Of a stretch of DNA of 64,000 nucleotides, positions 52,830-62,048 are shown one piece after another. This DNA is from an uncultured Acidimicrobiia bacterium (lineage in GTDB: Bacteria; Actinomycetota; Acidimicrobiia; IMCC26256; CAWATG01), in contig CAWATG010000011.1 in the NCBI GenBank assembly GCA_963785035.1, positions 382,553 to 446,552 on the forward strand, read 5' to 3'. The notes below the pieces were generated by a model. That model did not search any database. It was given only the letters and a program-made list of their open reading frames with translations, and was not told the origin of the DNA. Both the position numbers and the translations under genes were made by a program. Position 1 is the first letter of the stretch. Each line of letters opens with the position of its first letter.

Positions 52830-53033
52830 GTGACTCCTGAGCATCGTCTACTCACCGTTAGTGAGGTCGCTGATGCGATGCGGGTTTCGACGATGACTAT
52901 TTATCGGTTGATCAGGGCCGGGGAAATCGGGGCAATACGCGTGGGGCGCCATTTTCGGATTCGTGAGGCGGACCTTTCCGCGTATCTCGACGCGCAGACC
53001 GTGAAAGGAGACGGATCATGGCCCGCCGCCTGA
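52830..53033 (+). CDS. Excisionase/BldC-like HTH DNA-binding protein
   Basis: LLTVSEVADAMRVSTMTIYRLIRAGEIGAIRVGRHFRI; overlaps the pilM start. Confidence 0.88.
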   Translation: MTPEHRLLTVSEVADAMRVSTMTIYRLIRAGEIGAIRVGRHFRIREADLSAYLDAQTVKGDGSWPAA

Positions 53034-54790
53034 TCGGTCTCGACATCGGCACGAATGCCGTCACGGTCACCGAGGTCGAGGTCGGCAATCCGGCGACGCT
53101 GCGAGTGTTCGGCCAGGTCGCGCTGCCTCGCGACGTCATGCGCGAAGGCGAGATCGTCGACGTCGAGGTCGTCGCGAGCGCAATTCGTCGCCTCTGGCGC
53201 GAGGTCGGTCTGAAGAAGGGCGCGGTCCGCGTTGGCATCGGTACGCCGCGTCTGATCGTTCGTCCGGTCGAGCTTCCCGAGATGAACGAGGCCGATCTTG
53301 CAGGCGCGCTGCAGTTCCAAGCGCAAGATCTGATCCCGATACCGCTCGATGACGCGTACTTCGATTTTCAGGTGCTCGGCGCTGGCATCGATCCCGAAGG
53401 CAATGCCACCACGCGGGTCTTGCTTGCAGCAGCGCCACGAGAAACGATCACGCGCATCGTCGCGGCGGTCGAGTCCGCCGGGCTGAGTGTCGAAGCCGTC
53501 GACCTCGTCCCTCTCGCGCTCGTGCGCAGCCTCGCGACACCGGTCGATCCTGGCGCCGAACCCAGCGCCGAGGCGATTGTCTGCGTCGGTGCGGGTGTCA
53601 CGGTCGTCGTCGTGCACGAGTCGGGGAGCCCACGCTTCGCGCGAGTGTTGGGCTCCGGCGGGCGTGCCCTGACCGAAGCAATCGCAACCGACCTCGACCT
53701 CGCGTTCGAGGCGGCAGAGGCGCTGAAACGTCAAGGGATCAACACCGATGACGAGATCGGCGCTCGTGCACGCAGTGCAATCGAGGGTCCGCTCAACTCT
53801 TTGCTCGAAGATGTCCGCAGCTCGCTCGAGTTCTACCGCGCCCAGTCGGGCGGCGCCGAGGTCAAATCGGTGCTCCTCAATGGCGGTGGTTCACAACTGG
53901 TCGGTCTCGCCGACCGTCTCGAGACGGTGCTCGGTCTTCCCGTTACTCGGGCACATTGTCGATCACGGCTCGCGATCGGTGACATCGGCTTTGCTCCTGA
54001 CGAGTACGAGATGCTGGACCCGTACCTCTCCGTACCGGTTGGACTGGCATTCGGCGCAACGTCGACGGGACGAGCGATCGACCTGTCCCCGCCGAAGGAC
54101 CGGGGCGCGGCTGATCGGCGCAAGTTGGTGGCCGTCGTCGTGGTGATCGCACTTCTCTTGTTGGGCGGTCTGGGTTTCCTCACTGCGTCGCAACGAACGA
54201 AGCGGTCCGACCAACAAGCGCTCCTCGATCAGGAACGCGACACGAATGCCGCGGTCCAGGCAAAGATCGACGAGCTCGCGACCTTCGAAGCCCAACAGGC
54301 GCAGATCGACGTGATTCAAGGTCAGATCGCGGCGCTGTTGGCAACGGACGTCTCGTGGTCCCGCTTGCTCGAGGACATCGCGATGAAGATGCCGCAGAAC
54401 GATTGGTTGAGTTCGTTCCAGGGTACGGTCACCGCGGCGGCTCCCGCTGCTCCAGCGCCGGTTGCTCCTGCGCCAAGTGACGAAGGCTCGACGAGCACGA
54501 CGGGTACGACGAGCACGACGGTCCCTGCCGTTCCGGCACCAGCGGCCGCTGGGCTGTCCGGAACGGTGAGTATGACGCTCACCGGGAGAGACTTCACCGA
54601 CGTCTCGCAATGGCTCCTTCGGATGGCAGAGATCCCATCCCTGACCGATGTTTGGGTCCCAACTTCGACGAAGTCGGTGTCCGATGGTGGTTCCCAACAG
54701 ACGGTGTCGTTCTCCTCGACGGCGAAGATCACACCTCAGGCGAAGGCAACACGCAGTGAGCTCCGACAGAAGCTGAAGGTCGGACAATGA
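53018..54790 (+). CDS. pilM: Fused type IV pilus PilM-PilN protein
   Basis: IGLDIGT actin-like start, LNGGGSQL, PVGLAFG, then IDLSP + TM + coiled coil + VSWSRLL..MP..WL PilN domain. Confidence 0.88.
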   Translation: MARRLIGLDIGTNAVTVTEVEVGNPATLRVFGQVALPRDVMREGEIVDVEVVASAIRRLWREVGLKKGAVRVGIGTPRLIVRPVELPEMNEADLAGALQFQAQDLIPIPLDDAYFDFQVLGAGIDPEGNATTRVLLAAAPRETITRIVAAVESAGLSVEAVDLVPLALVRSLATPVDPGAEPSAEAIVCVGAGVTVVVVHESGSPRFARVLGSGGRALTEAIATDLDLAFEAAEALKRQGINTDDEIGARARSAIEGPLNSLLEDVRSSLEFYRAQSGGAEVKSVLLNGGGSQLVGLADRLETVLGLPVTRAHCRSRLAIGDIGFAPDEYEMLDPYLSVPVGLAFGATSTGRAIDLSPPKDRGAADRRKLVAVVVVIALLLLGGLGFLTASQRTKRSDQQALLDQERDTNAAVQAKIDELATFEAQQAQIDVIQGQIAALLATDVSWSRLLEDIAMKMPQNDWLSSFQGTVTAAAPAAPAPVAPAPSDEGSTSTTGTTSTTVPAVPAPAAAGLSGTVSMTLTGRDFTDVSQWLLRMAEIPSLTDVWVPTSTKSVSDGGSQQTVSFSSTAKITPQAKATRSELRQKLKVGQ

Positions 54791-55527
54791 ATCGCCGGCC
54801 GCTCTTCATTGCGCTCGGGGTTCTTGTTGCCGTTTCGGTCGCGTGGTACTTCCTGGTGATCAAGCCCGTCAGCTCCGACGTCACCGAGCTCAAGGACAAC
54901 GTGGCCATCGCGAAGGCCGAGGGGCAGGAACAACGTGTTCGGCTCGGTCGCCTCGAGAATCTGCGCAACGCCGCAGGTACCGCAACCGACATCAACCGGG
55001 TCATCGATCAGCTCGTGCCTGCGCAAGCCGACCTCGCGAACTTCTTGAATGCGGCAACGTCAATTCAATACGACACCGGCGTCGACTGGCTTTCGATCAG
55101 CCCGGCGCCGCCGGCAGCCAATCCGGCGGGTGGTCCGAGCGTGATTGGATTGTCGATCTCCATCGAGGGGACGTTCTACGACCTGCTCCAGTACCTCGAC
55201 GCTCTCCAAGATCCCAAGCAGATGCCGCGATTGGTCGTTGTCGAAGGCTTGAGCATCAGCGCGGCCGGTGGGACCGAGACGGCGGCGGCGGGCGTGTCGC
55301 CGACGCTGTCGGTTTCGCTGAGCGCCAAGATGTTCACGCGCTCACCGGCAGCAGGGCTCGGTGGAGCCGCCTCGGGTTCCACCGCAGCGCCGGGTGCAAC
55401 GACGCCGGGAACCTCCACCTCTTCACCGGGAGCATCGACGTCTTCGCCGGGAGCCTCGACACCGGCGACAGCCGTCCCGCCGGCATCGAGTTCGAGTTCC
55501 ACGAGCAGCGGAGCAGCGCCGTCATGA
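54787..55527 (+). CDS. pilO: Type IV pilus PilO-like protein
   Basis: TM (WYFLVIKP), coiled coil, VP..A..FL, GTFYDLLQYL, PRLVVV; S/T-rich tail. Confidence 0.82.
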   Translation: MNRRPLFIALGVLVAVSVAWYFLVIKPVSSDVTELKDNVAIAKAEGQEQRVRLGRLENLRNAAGTATDINRVIDQLVPAQADLANFLNAATSIQYDTGVDWLSISPAPPAANPAGGPSVIGLSISIEGTFYDLLQYLDALQDPKQMPRLVVVEGLSISAAGGTETAAAGVSPTLSVSLSAKMFTRSPAAGLGGAASGSTAAPGATTPGTSTSSPGASTSSPGASTPATAVPPASSSSSTSSGAAPS

Positions 55528-56180
55528 CCCCCGAACGCCGCCGCCTCACCATTCTGCTCAGTGTGCTGGGCGTCGTCATCGCCGCGGTCGGGGCATTTGT
55601 GCTCTTCTCCGGAAGCGATGACACGGACTCGACTGCTCCGACGCTGAACCCGAGCGGTGGCCCGTCGACGATCAGCACCAATCCAGGGAGTCCGCTGTCG
55701 TCGCAGGTCCCCACGACGACGACGCTTCCGGTTCGGGTCGTGACGGGCAACATCGCAGATCCGTTTGCTCCGAAGTTCGTTCCCATGTCGGCGTCACCCG
55801 CGGTGCCGGGCACGCCGGCGCCGACCGGTACGAGCACGACGTCGACGACGACCACGACAGGCCCAACCGGGGGAACGTCCGTCACGACCACGACGACGGG
55901 TGCTCCGGCGACGACAGCGCCGCCTACGTCGATCCCGGCAACCCAGGGCAAGGCGGCGCCGATTCCGGTGCCGACCATGTCGATCGCACTCATCGACATC
56001 TATGGCCAGGATGGGACGCTCCACGCGCAAGTGCGCGTGTCCAACAAGACCTACACCCTTGTCGCAGGCGACGCCTTTGCCACGAGTCTCAAGCTCGTTG
56101 CTCTTGACGGAAGCTGTGGGCAATTCCTCTTCGGCGACTCGCCCTTCAAGTTGTGCAAGGGCGAGGAGGCGTTCAAGTAG
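55524..56180 (+). CDS. Membrane-anchored Thr/Pro-rich protein, PilP-like position
   Basis: N-terminal TM, DPFAP motif, T/P linker, small beta domain with a Cys pair; ATGA overlap with pilO. Confidence 0.7.
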   Translation: MTPERRRLTILLSVLGVVIAAVGAFVLFSGSDDTDSTAPTLNPSGGPSTISTNPGSPLSSQVPTTTTLPVRVVTGNIADPFAPKFVPMSASPAVPGTPAPTGTSTTSTTTTTGPTGGTSVTTTTTGAPATTAPPTSIPATQGKAAPIPVPTMSIALIDIYGQDGTLHAQVRVSNKTYTLVAGDAFATSLKLVALDGSCGQFLFGDSPFKLCKGEEAFK

Positions 56181-56258
56181 ACCGATCGTGTGGATCCGCC
56201 TCGGGGTCACGAGGCGGGCGCCGGTATCCTGTGGCATTGCTCCCGAGGAGGTCGAGGC

Positions 56259-57413
56259 GTGCTGCGCTTCCTGACCGCCGGGGAATCCCATGGCCCGGCC
56301 CTCACGGTCGTCGTCGAAGGGCTCCCCGCCGGTCTTCCCATCTTGATCGACGACATTGCCTCTGAGCTGGCACGCCGCCGGCTCGGCTACGGGCGCGGTC
56401 CGCGCATGCGTTTCGAGCAGGACGACATCGAGATCCTCGGTGGGATTCGCCACGGCGTGACGCTCGGCTCGCCGGTGTCGATCATGATCCGCAACACCGA
56501 GTGGCCGAAGTGGGTCGACGAAATGTCGGCCGCTCCGGGTCTCACAGCTTCGCCGCTGCGCAGGCCACGTCCCGGCCACGCAGATCTCGTCGGTATGCAG
56601 AAGTACGGCTTCGACGACGCACGCAACGTGCTCGAACGAGCGAGCGCCCGTGAGACCGCCGCGCGGGTTGCCGCGGGAGCCCTCGCCAAGGTCTTGCTCC
56701 GCGAGTTCGGTACCACGGTGATCAGTCACGTGGTGCAGATGGGAGCGGTCCGTGCGTCCGTCGAGCAACGGCCCGGTCCCGACGATCTTGACGCGGTCGA
56801 TGCTTCCGAGGTTCGGTGTTTCGACGGCAGTGCCGACGCCGAGATGATTACCGCGATCAAGGCAGCTGCCAAGGAGGGTGACTCACTGGGCGGCGTCGTC
56901 GAGGTCCTCGGCTACGGCGTACCACCGGCGCTCGGGTCGTACGTGCATTGGGACCGCCGCATCGACGCGTTGCTCGCCCAGGCGCTCATGAGTATTCAAG
57001 CGATCAAAGGCGTCGAGATCGGCGACGCCCTCGAAACGGCAGGGCTTCCGGGAAGCCTTGCGCACGACGAGATCTTCTGGGATGAGGACAACGCCCAGTA
57101 CTCCCGCGAAACCGTGCGCGCGGGCGGAATCGAGGGTGGCATGACAACCGGTGGGCTCCTCGCTGCCCGTGTGGCAATGAAACCGTTGGCCACACTGAAT
57201 CGTCCTGTGCTGCGAACCGTTGACACCGAGACGAAAGAACAGGTGGTGTCGTTCAAGGAGCGCACCGACGTGACAGCGGTTCCCGCTGCAGGTGTCGTCG
57301 CCGAGACGATGGTCGCGCTGGTGATCGCGTCGGAGGCGTTACGAAAGTTCGGCGGTGACACCCTCGCCGAGGTCACCAGGAACTTCCGGTCGTTCCTGAA
57401 CACCCTGCGGTGA
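56259..57413 (+). CDS. aroC: Chorismate synthase
   Basis: LRFLTAGESHG, RPGHAD, LERASARETA, GGIEGGMT, MKP. Confidence 0.97.
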   Translation: MLRFLTAGESHGPALTVVVEGLPAGLPILIDDIASELARRRLGYGRGPRMRFEQDDIEILGGIRHGVTLGSPVSIMIRNTEWPKWVDEMSAAPGLTASPLRRPRPGHADLVGMQKYGFDDARNVLERASARETAARVAAGALAKVLLREFGTTVISHVVQMGAVRASVEQRPGPDDLDAVDASEVRCFDGSADAEMITAIKAAAKEGDSLGGVVEVLGYGVPPALGSYVHWDRRIDALLAQALMSIQAIKGVEIGDALETAGLPGSLAHDEIFWDEDNAQYSRETVRAGGIEGGMTTGGLLAARVAMKPLATLNRPVLRTVDTETKEQVVSFKERTDVTAVPAAGVVAETMVALVIASEALRKFGGDTLAEVTRNFRSFLNTLR

Positions 57414-57425
57414 GACGGCGGTGAG

Positions 57426-59156
57426 ATGGCGGTGAATCCGTCCGATCCACATTCAGCCGCGCCACGGCATCTCGTCCTCGTCGGGATGATGGGAGCGGGG
57501 AAATCCACCATTGGTCGGCTGTGCGCGGTGCGTCTTGGACGCACCTTTCTCGACACCGACGAAATGGTCGAGGGCCTTGCCGGAACTTCGGTCGCGGAGG
57601 TGTTCGCCGCCGAGGGTGAGGAGGCCTTTCGCGCCTTGGAACGAAGGGCGCTGGCCGACGCGTGCGCACGAGCCGAGCCGTTGGTCATCGCGTGCGGCGG
57701 TGGTGCGGTGTTGGAACCGGCAAATCGCGAGGCATTGCTCGCGACCGGTTTCGTCGTGTGGTTACAGGCGCCCGCTGCGATTCTGGCGGCGCGTGTCGGG
57801 CAAACGGGTGGTAGGCCCCTGCTTGACACCACCTCGGCCGGTCCCGACACGGCTCGGGCAAGGGCCGCCTCCAACCCGGACATCACCGAAGTCCTGAGAC
57901 GGATCGCCGAGGAACGAGAGCCGATCTACAGCGCTGTCTCCGACATTGTTCTCGACGCCACCGATGGCAACGCCGAAGAGATCGCCGCGACGGTTGTGCG
58001 TGCCTATGAGGATGCACAGCTCTTCGCGACACCGCGCAGCGCTGTTCAGGACCGGGAATTGCCGACGAGCCGATCCACTCGGCGGATACCCGTCGCGCTC
58101 GGCGAGCGCAGCTACGAGATCACGGTTGGGACGCACGCGCTGGACCATCTCGCGGTGCTGCTCGCCGGCCGGCGAAGGGTCGCGATCGTGACGCAGCAGG
58201 CGGTCGCCGACGCGCATATCCACCAGGTCGTCGAACCGCTCGAGCGAGTGGGTGTGACCTCCGAGGTTTTCGTCATGGGCGATGGTGAGGGCGCCAAGAC
58301 AATGGCGACCGTGGAAGCGCTCTGCAGCGATCTCGTCGCATGGGGTCTACTGCGCGACGACGCACTGGTCGCGTTCGGCGGCGGAATCGTCGGCGATACC
58401 GCTGGGTTTGCCGGGGCCATTTACCACCGCGGGATCGCAGTCGTGCAGGCGCCGACGACACTGCTCGCGCAGGTCGATGCGGCAATCGGTGGAAAGACCG
58501 CCGTCAACCTCCCCGAAGGAAAGAACCTGCTCGGAGCGTTTCACCAGCCAATCGGTGTCGTCGCCGATGTGTCGACCCTTCGGACGTTGCCCGAGCGCGA
58601 GTACCACGCCGGGCTCGGTGAGGTCGCCAAGTACGCACTGATGGGTGACCGGCCGCTCCTCGAGTTACTCGAGACGCGCGCTCCGGAGGTTCGTTCTCGA
58701 GATCTGGATGTGCTCGTCGAGTTGGTCGCGCACTGCGCCGAGGCGAAGGCCGCAGTGGTGACATCGGACGAGACCGAACGGACCGGCCTTCGCGCGACGT
58801 TGAACTACGGGCACACACTCGCGCACGCGCTCGAAACGGCAAGCGAACACGAACTGCTCCACGGCGAAGCGGTGGCGATCGGGCTTGTCTTCGCAGCCGC
58901 GCTCGCCGCCGAACTCGGTCGTGTCCCTGCTGCATTTGTCGACCGCACCGAGGCCATGCTCGCGGGAATGGGTCTGTGCACCCGCGCGCCCAAGGGACTG
59001 CAGGTGCCGGCGCTGGTCGCGCTCATGCAGCGGGACAAAAAGGCCCGTGGAGGTCTGACGTTCATCCTTGCCGACAACGATGGACTCACACGGGTCGATG
59101 ACCCGCCGATGAGGGCTATAGAACGCGCGTGCGCGGTCGTCGGCGTGGGAGGCTAG
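57426..59156 (+). CDS. aroB: Bifunctional shikimate kinase / 3-dehydroquinate synthase (AroK-AroB)
   Basis: GMMGAGKST, CGGG, RPLL followed in frame by GGGIVGD, PTTLLAQVDAAIGGK, LNYGHT, HGEAV. Confidence 0.93.
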   Translation: MAVNPSDPHSAAPRHLVLVGMMGAGKSTIGRLCAVRLGRTFLDTDEMVEGLAGTSVAEVFAAEGEEAFRALERRALADACARAEPLVIACGGGAVLEPANREALLATGFVVWLQAPAAILAARVGQTGGRPLLDTTSAGPDTARARAASNPDITEVLRRIAEEREPIYSAVSDIVLDATDGNAEEIAATVVRAYEDAQLFATPRSAVQDRELPTSRSTRRIPVALGERSYEITVGTHALDHLAVLLAGRRRVAIVTQQAVADAHIHQVVEPLERVGVTSEVFVMGDGEGAKTMATVEALCSDLVAWGLLRDDALVAFGGGIVGDTAGFAGAIYHRGIAVVQAPTTLLAQVDAAIGGKTAVNLPEGKNLLGAFHQPIGVVADVSTLRTLPEREYHAGLGEVAKYALMGDRPLLELLETRAPEVRSRDLDVLVELVAHCAEAKAAVVTSDETERTGLRATLNYGHTLAHALETASEHELLHGEAVAIGLVFAAALAAELGRVPAAFVDRTEAMLAGMGLCTRAPKGLQVPALVALMQRDKKARGGLTFILADNDGLTRVDDPPMRAIERACAVVGVGG

Positions 59157-59161
59157 GGGCT

Positions 59162-59608
59162 ATGGCAACGATTCTGCTCATTTCAGGACCGAACCTGAAC
59201 CTGTTCGGGCAGCGTGATCCTGCGGTGTACGGCACCGACACCCTCGAGGACATGGTCGCCGATGTGGCTGCAGTGTTGGAGCCTGCCGGCCATCAGGTAC
59301 GTCATGTCCAAAGCAGCTCCGAAGGTGTCATCGTCGATGCCATCCACGACGCGCGAAACGACTGTGCGGCGATCATCATCAACCCAGGCGCGTTCGGCCA
59401 TTACGCGTATGCGATCGCCGACGCGCTCTCGATGTTCGACGGTCCGAAAATCGAATTGCATGTCTCGAACCCGTTGGCGCGCGAAGCGTGGCGGCATCAG
59501 TCGGTCATAGCGGGTGTCGTCGACGCCGGCATTGCAGGATTCCGCCGTCTCGGCTATCGCCTTGCGGCGATCGCGGTCGTCGAACAATTGGGAGGCAAGA
59601 GCGTATGA
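59162..59608 (+). CDS. aroQ: Type II 3-dehydroquinate dehydratase
   Basis: GPNLNLFGQRDP.VYG, IINPGA, ELHVSN, REAWRH.S. Confidence 0.95.
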   Translation: MATILLISGPNLNLFGQRDPAVYGTDTLEDMVADVAAVLEPAGHQVRHVQSSSEGVIVDAIHDARNDCAAIIINPGAFGHYAYAIADALSMFDGPKIELHVSNPLAREAWRHQSVIAGVVDAGIAGFRRLGYRLAAIAVVEQLGGKSV

Positions 59609-60744
59609 GCACGACCAACGCACCCGGCGAGACTCGACCGCTCCAGTTGTCACCGATGCAGCACGGAGCACGGCTCCCGCGCGTGCATGCGGCGATCGAC
59701 GAGGCCGACGTCGACGCGCTCTTGGTCACGAACCTCGTCAACATTCGTTACCTCACGGGATTCACCGGTTCTGCTGCGATGTTGCTCGTCGCCAACTCGG
59801 GCCTGTTGCTGGTGACCGATGGTCGCTATGCCACACAGGCAGCTGAACAGCTCGCGGCGGCGGGCGTGGCGGCACGGCTCGAGATCCACGCAACGGCGTC
59901 AGCGCAACTCGACGCGATCGCCAGTGCGCTCACGGCCGAGGGTGTCGGACGCCTCGGCCTCGAAGCAGGCAACATCACCTGGGCTCGGCAGCGCAGCTTC
60001 ACCGAGCGGTTCGTTCCCATCGAGATGGTGGCGACGTCGGACCTTGTCGAGGACCTCCGACGATGCAAGGATCCCGAAGAGGTCGCAAGAATCCGTGCCG
60101 CCTGCGCGATTGGTGATGAGGCGCTCGCAGCGGTGGCGCCGACCTTGGCGCAGCGGCCGCGAGAGCGTGACGTCGCGTTGGCCCTGGAGGTCGAGATGCG
60201 CCGCCGCGGCGCGAGCGGCACGAGCTTCGAGACCATCGTGGCGTCCGGGCCGAACGCGGCGAAGCCACACCATCGTCCGACGGACCGCCAGATCGAACAC
60301 GGTGAACTCGTGGTGCTCGACTTCGGTTGCGTCGTCGACGGGTATTGCTCGGACATGACCAGAACGCTGAGCGTCGGCGATCCCGGTACCGAAGCAACCC
60401 GCATCTACGAAGTGGTTCGTGCCGCGCAACAGGCTGGGCGCGATGCGCTCAAGGCCGGAGTGACCTGTGCAGAGGTGGACGAGGCATGCCGGGAGGTGAT
60501 CGCTGCTGCCGGTTGGGCGGAGGCATTCAGCCACGGCACCGGCCACGGTGTGGGCCTCGACATTCATGAGGCGCCGAGGGTCGGCGCGACGGTCCGTGAT
60601 ACTTTGGCCGTTGGCCACGTCGTAACCGTCGAGCCGGGCGTGTACCTCCCGGGCCTCGGCGGCGTCCGAATCGAGGACACGCTCGTCGTCACCGGTGAGG
60701 GTGCAGACGTCCTCACCACATCCCCGAAGGGACTGCTCTTGTGA
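59605..60744 (+). CDS. Xaa-Pro aminopeptidase (M24)
   Basis: YLTGFTGS, TDGRY, DFG...GYCSDMTRT, HGTGHGVG, EPGVY, GVRIED. Confidence 0.93.
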   Translation: MSTTNAPGETRPLQLSPMQHGARLPRVHAAIDEADVDALLVTNLVNIRYLTGFTGSAAMLLVANSGLLLVTDGRYATQAAEQLAAAGVAARLEIHATASAQLDAIASALTAEGVGRLGLEAGNITWARQRSFTERFVPIEMVATSDLVEDLRRCKDPEEVARIRAACAIGDEALAAVAPTLAQRPRERDVALALEVEMRRRGASGTSFETIVASGPNAAKPHHRPTDRQIEHGELVVLDFGCVVDGYCSDMTRTLSVGDPGTEATRIYEVVRAAQQAGRDALKAGVTCAEVDEACREVIAAAGWAEAFSHGTGHGVGLDIHEAPRVGATVRDTLAVGHVVTVEPGVYLPGLGGVRIEDTLVVTGEGADVLTTSPKGLLL

Positions 60745-61301
60745 GCATCTCCACCAATGATCTGAAGAACGGCATGTCACTTGACCTTCCCGAGGGGTTG
60801 GTCTGTGTGGTGGAGTTCCAGCATGTCAAGCCGGGCAAGGGCGGCGCGTTCGTGCGGACCAAGCTCAAGAACTGGCGTACGCACAACGTGCTCGAACGGA
60901 CCTTCCGTGCTGACGAGAAGGTCAAGCTGGCAATGATCGACAAGCGTGAAATGCAGTACCTCTACCGTGAGGGCACCGCGTATGTCTTCATGGACAACTC
61001 CACCTATGACCAGATCAACGTCGAGACAGCGGATCTGGGCAGCGCCGTGAAGTACCTCAAGGAGGGCGACTCGGCGATCCTGCCGATCTACGACGACCAG
61101 GTGATCGGTGTGGATCTGCCCGCCTCCGTTGAGCTGACCGTGACCGAAACCGAGCCCGGACTCCAAGGAGACCGCGTCTCGGGTGCACGCAAGCCTGCCA
61201 CGATGGAGACTGGGCTTGTCGTGCAGGTGCCGCTGTTCGTCGAGGTCGGTGAGCGCATCAAGGTTGACACGCGCACCGGGGAATACCTGACGCGCGCGTA
61301 A
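60741..61301 (+). CDS. efp: Elongation factor P
   Basis: HVKPGKGGAF, KPATMETG, VPLF, DTRTGEY. Confidence 0.97.
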   Translation: MSISTNDLKNGMSLDLPEGLVCVVEFQHVKPGKGGAFVRTKLKNWRTHNVLERTFRADEKVKLAMIDKREMQYLYREGTAYVFMDNSTYDQINVETADLGSAVKYLKEGDSAILPIYDDQVIGVDLPASVELTVTETEPGLQGDRVSGARKPATMETGLVVQVPLFVEVGERIKVDTRTGEYLTRA

Positions 61302-61314
61302 GCGTCCGACACGG

Positions 61315-61719
61315 ATGGCGACACGACGCGAAGCGCGAGAGTGGGCACTCGGACTGTGTTACGAACTCGAGATCCGTAACGCCGACGCGGAGTCTGTGTT
61401 GGCAGACCTTCCGGCCGAACCGGATCCTTTTGGTGAGCACCTCGTGCGCGGTGTCAGCGAGCACCAGGAAACCATCGACGCGCTCATCCGCAAATACTCC
61501 GAACACTGGTTGCTCGAGCGGATGCCGTTGGTTGATCTGGCGATCCTGCGGATCGGGACCTTCGAGCTCGGCTGGGACCAAGAGGTCTCCGCGGGAGTCG
61601 TAATTTCCGAGGCGGTGGAGCTCGCGAAGGCGTATTCCACGGAGAACTCGAGTCGTTTCGTCAACGGCTTGTTGGCGCGCATCGCCGAGGACGTGCGGGT
61701 GCGCGACCGAGCGCCATGA
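61315..61719 (+). CDS. nusB: Transcription antitermination factor NusB
   Basis: RREARE, W.LERM..VD.AILR, EAVELAK.YS, FVNGLL. Confidence 0.95.
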   Translation: MATRREAREWALGLCYELEIRNADAESVLADLPAEPDPFGEHLVRGVSEHQETIDALIRKYSEHWLLERMPLVDLAILRIGTFELGWDQEVSAGVVISEAVELAKAYSTENSSRFVNGLLARIAEDVRVRDRAP

Positions 61720-62039
61720 ACGCAGGTGCGCCGGCAGCGCCCGCGAAGGAGGAAGTCGAGGAGGTCGAGGTCGGCGAGCCCGTCGAGGATCTCTCGATCA
61801 TCACCGACCGACCGTGGGTCGTGATCGTCTGGAACGACCCGGTGAACCTGATGTCCTATGTCGTGCTCGTCTTGCAGCGGCTCTTCGGGTACTCCCGCGA
61901 GAAGGCAACCCGGTTGATGCAACAGGTCCACCAAGAGGGGAAGGCAGCAGTGTCCCACGGGACGCGCGAGAAGGCGGAGGCCGATGTCGCCCGTCTTCAC
62001 GCGAATGGGCTGTGGGCGACGATGGAACGCGACTCATAG
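61716..62039 (+). CDS. clpS: ATP-dependent Clp protease adaptor ClpS
   Basis: [30 protein letters not shown]. Confidence 0.94.
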   Translation: MNAGAPAAPAKEEVEEVEVGEPVEDLSIITDRPWVVIVWNDPVNLMSYVVLVLQRLFGYSREKATRLMQQVHQEGKAAVSHGTREKAEADVARLHANGLWATMERDS

Positions 62040-62048
62040 GCCCCTGTG

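Noticed and set aside
52830-53033. Excisionase as a sign of a prophage or integrative element
   Set aside because: No integrase, att repeats, tRNA or phage genes nearby; the gene is coupled to pilM.
55380-55930. ACG/TCG-rich short repeats as a CRISPR or DNA repeat array
   Set aside because: They encode Thr/Ser-rich linkers within ORFs; no constant repeat-spacer period.
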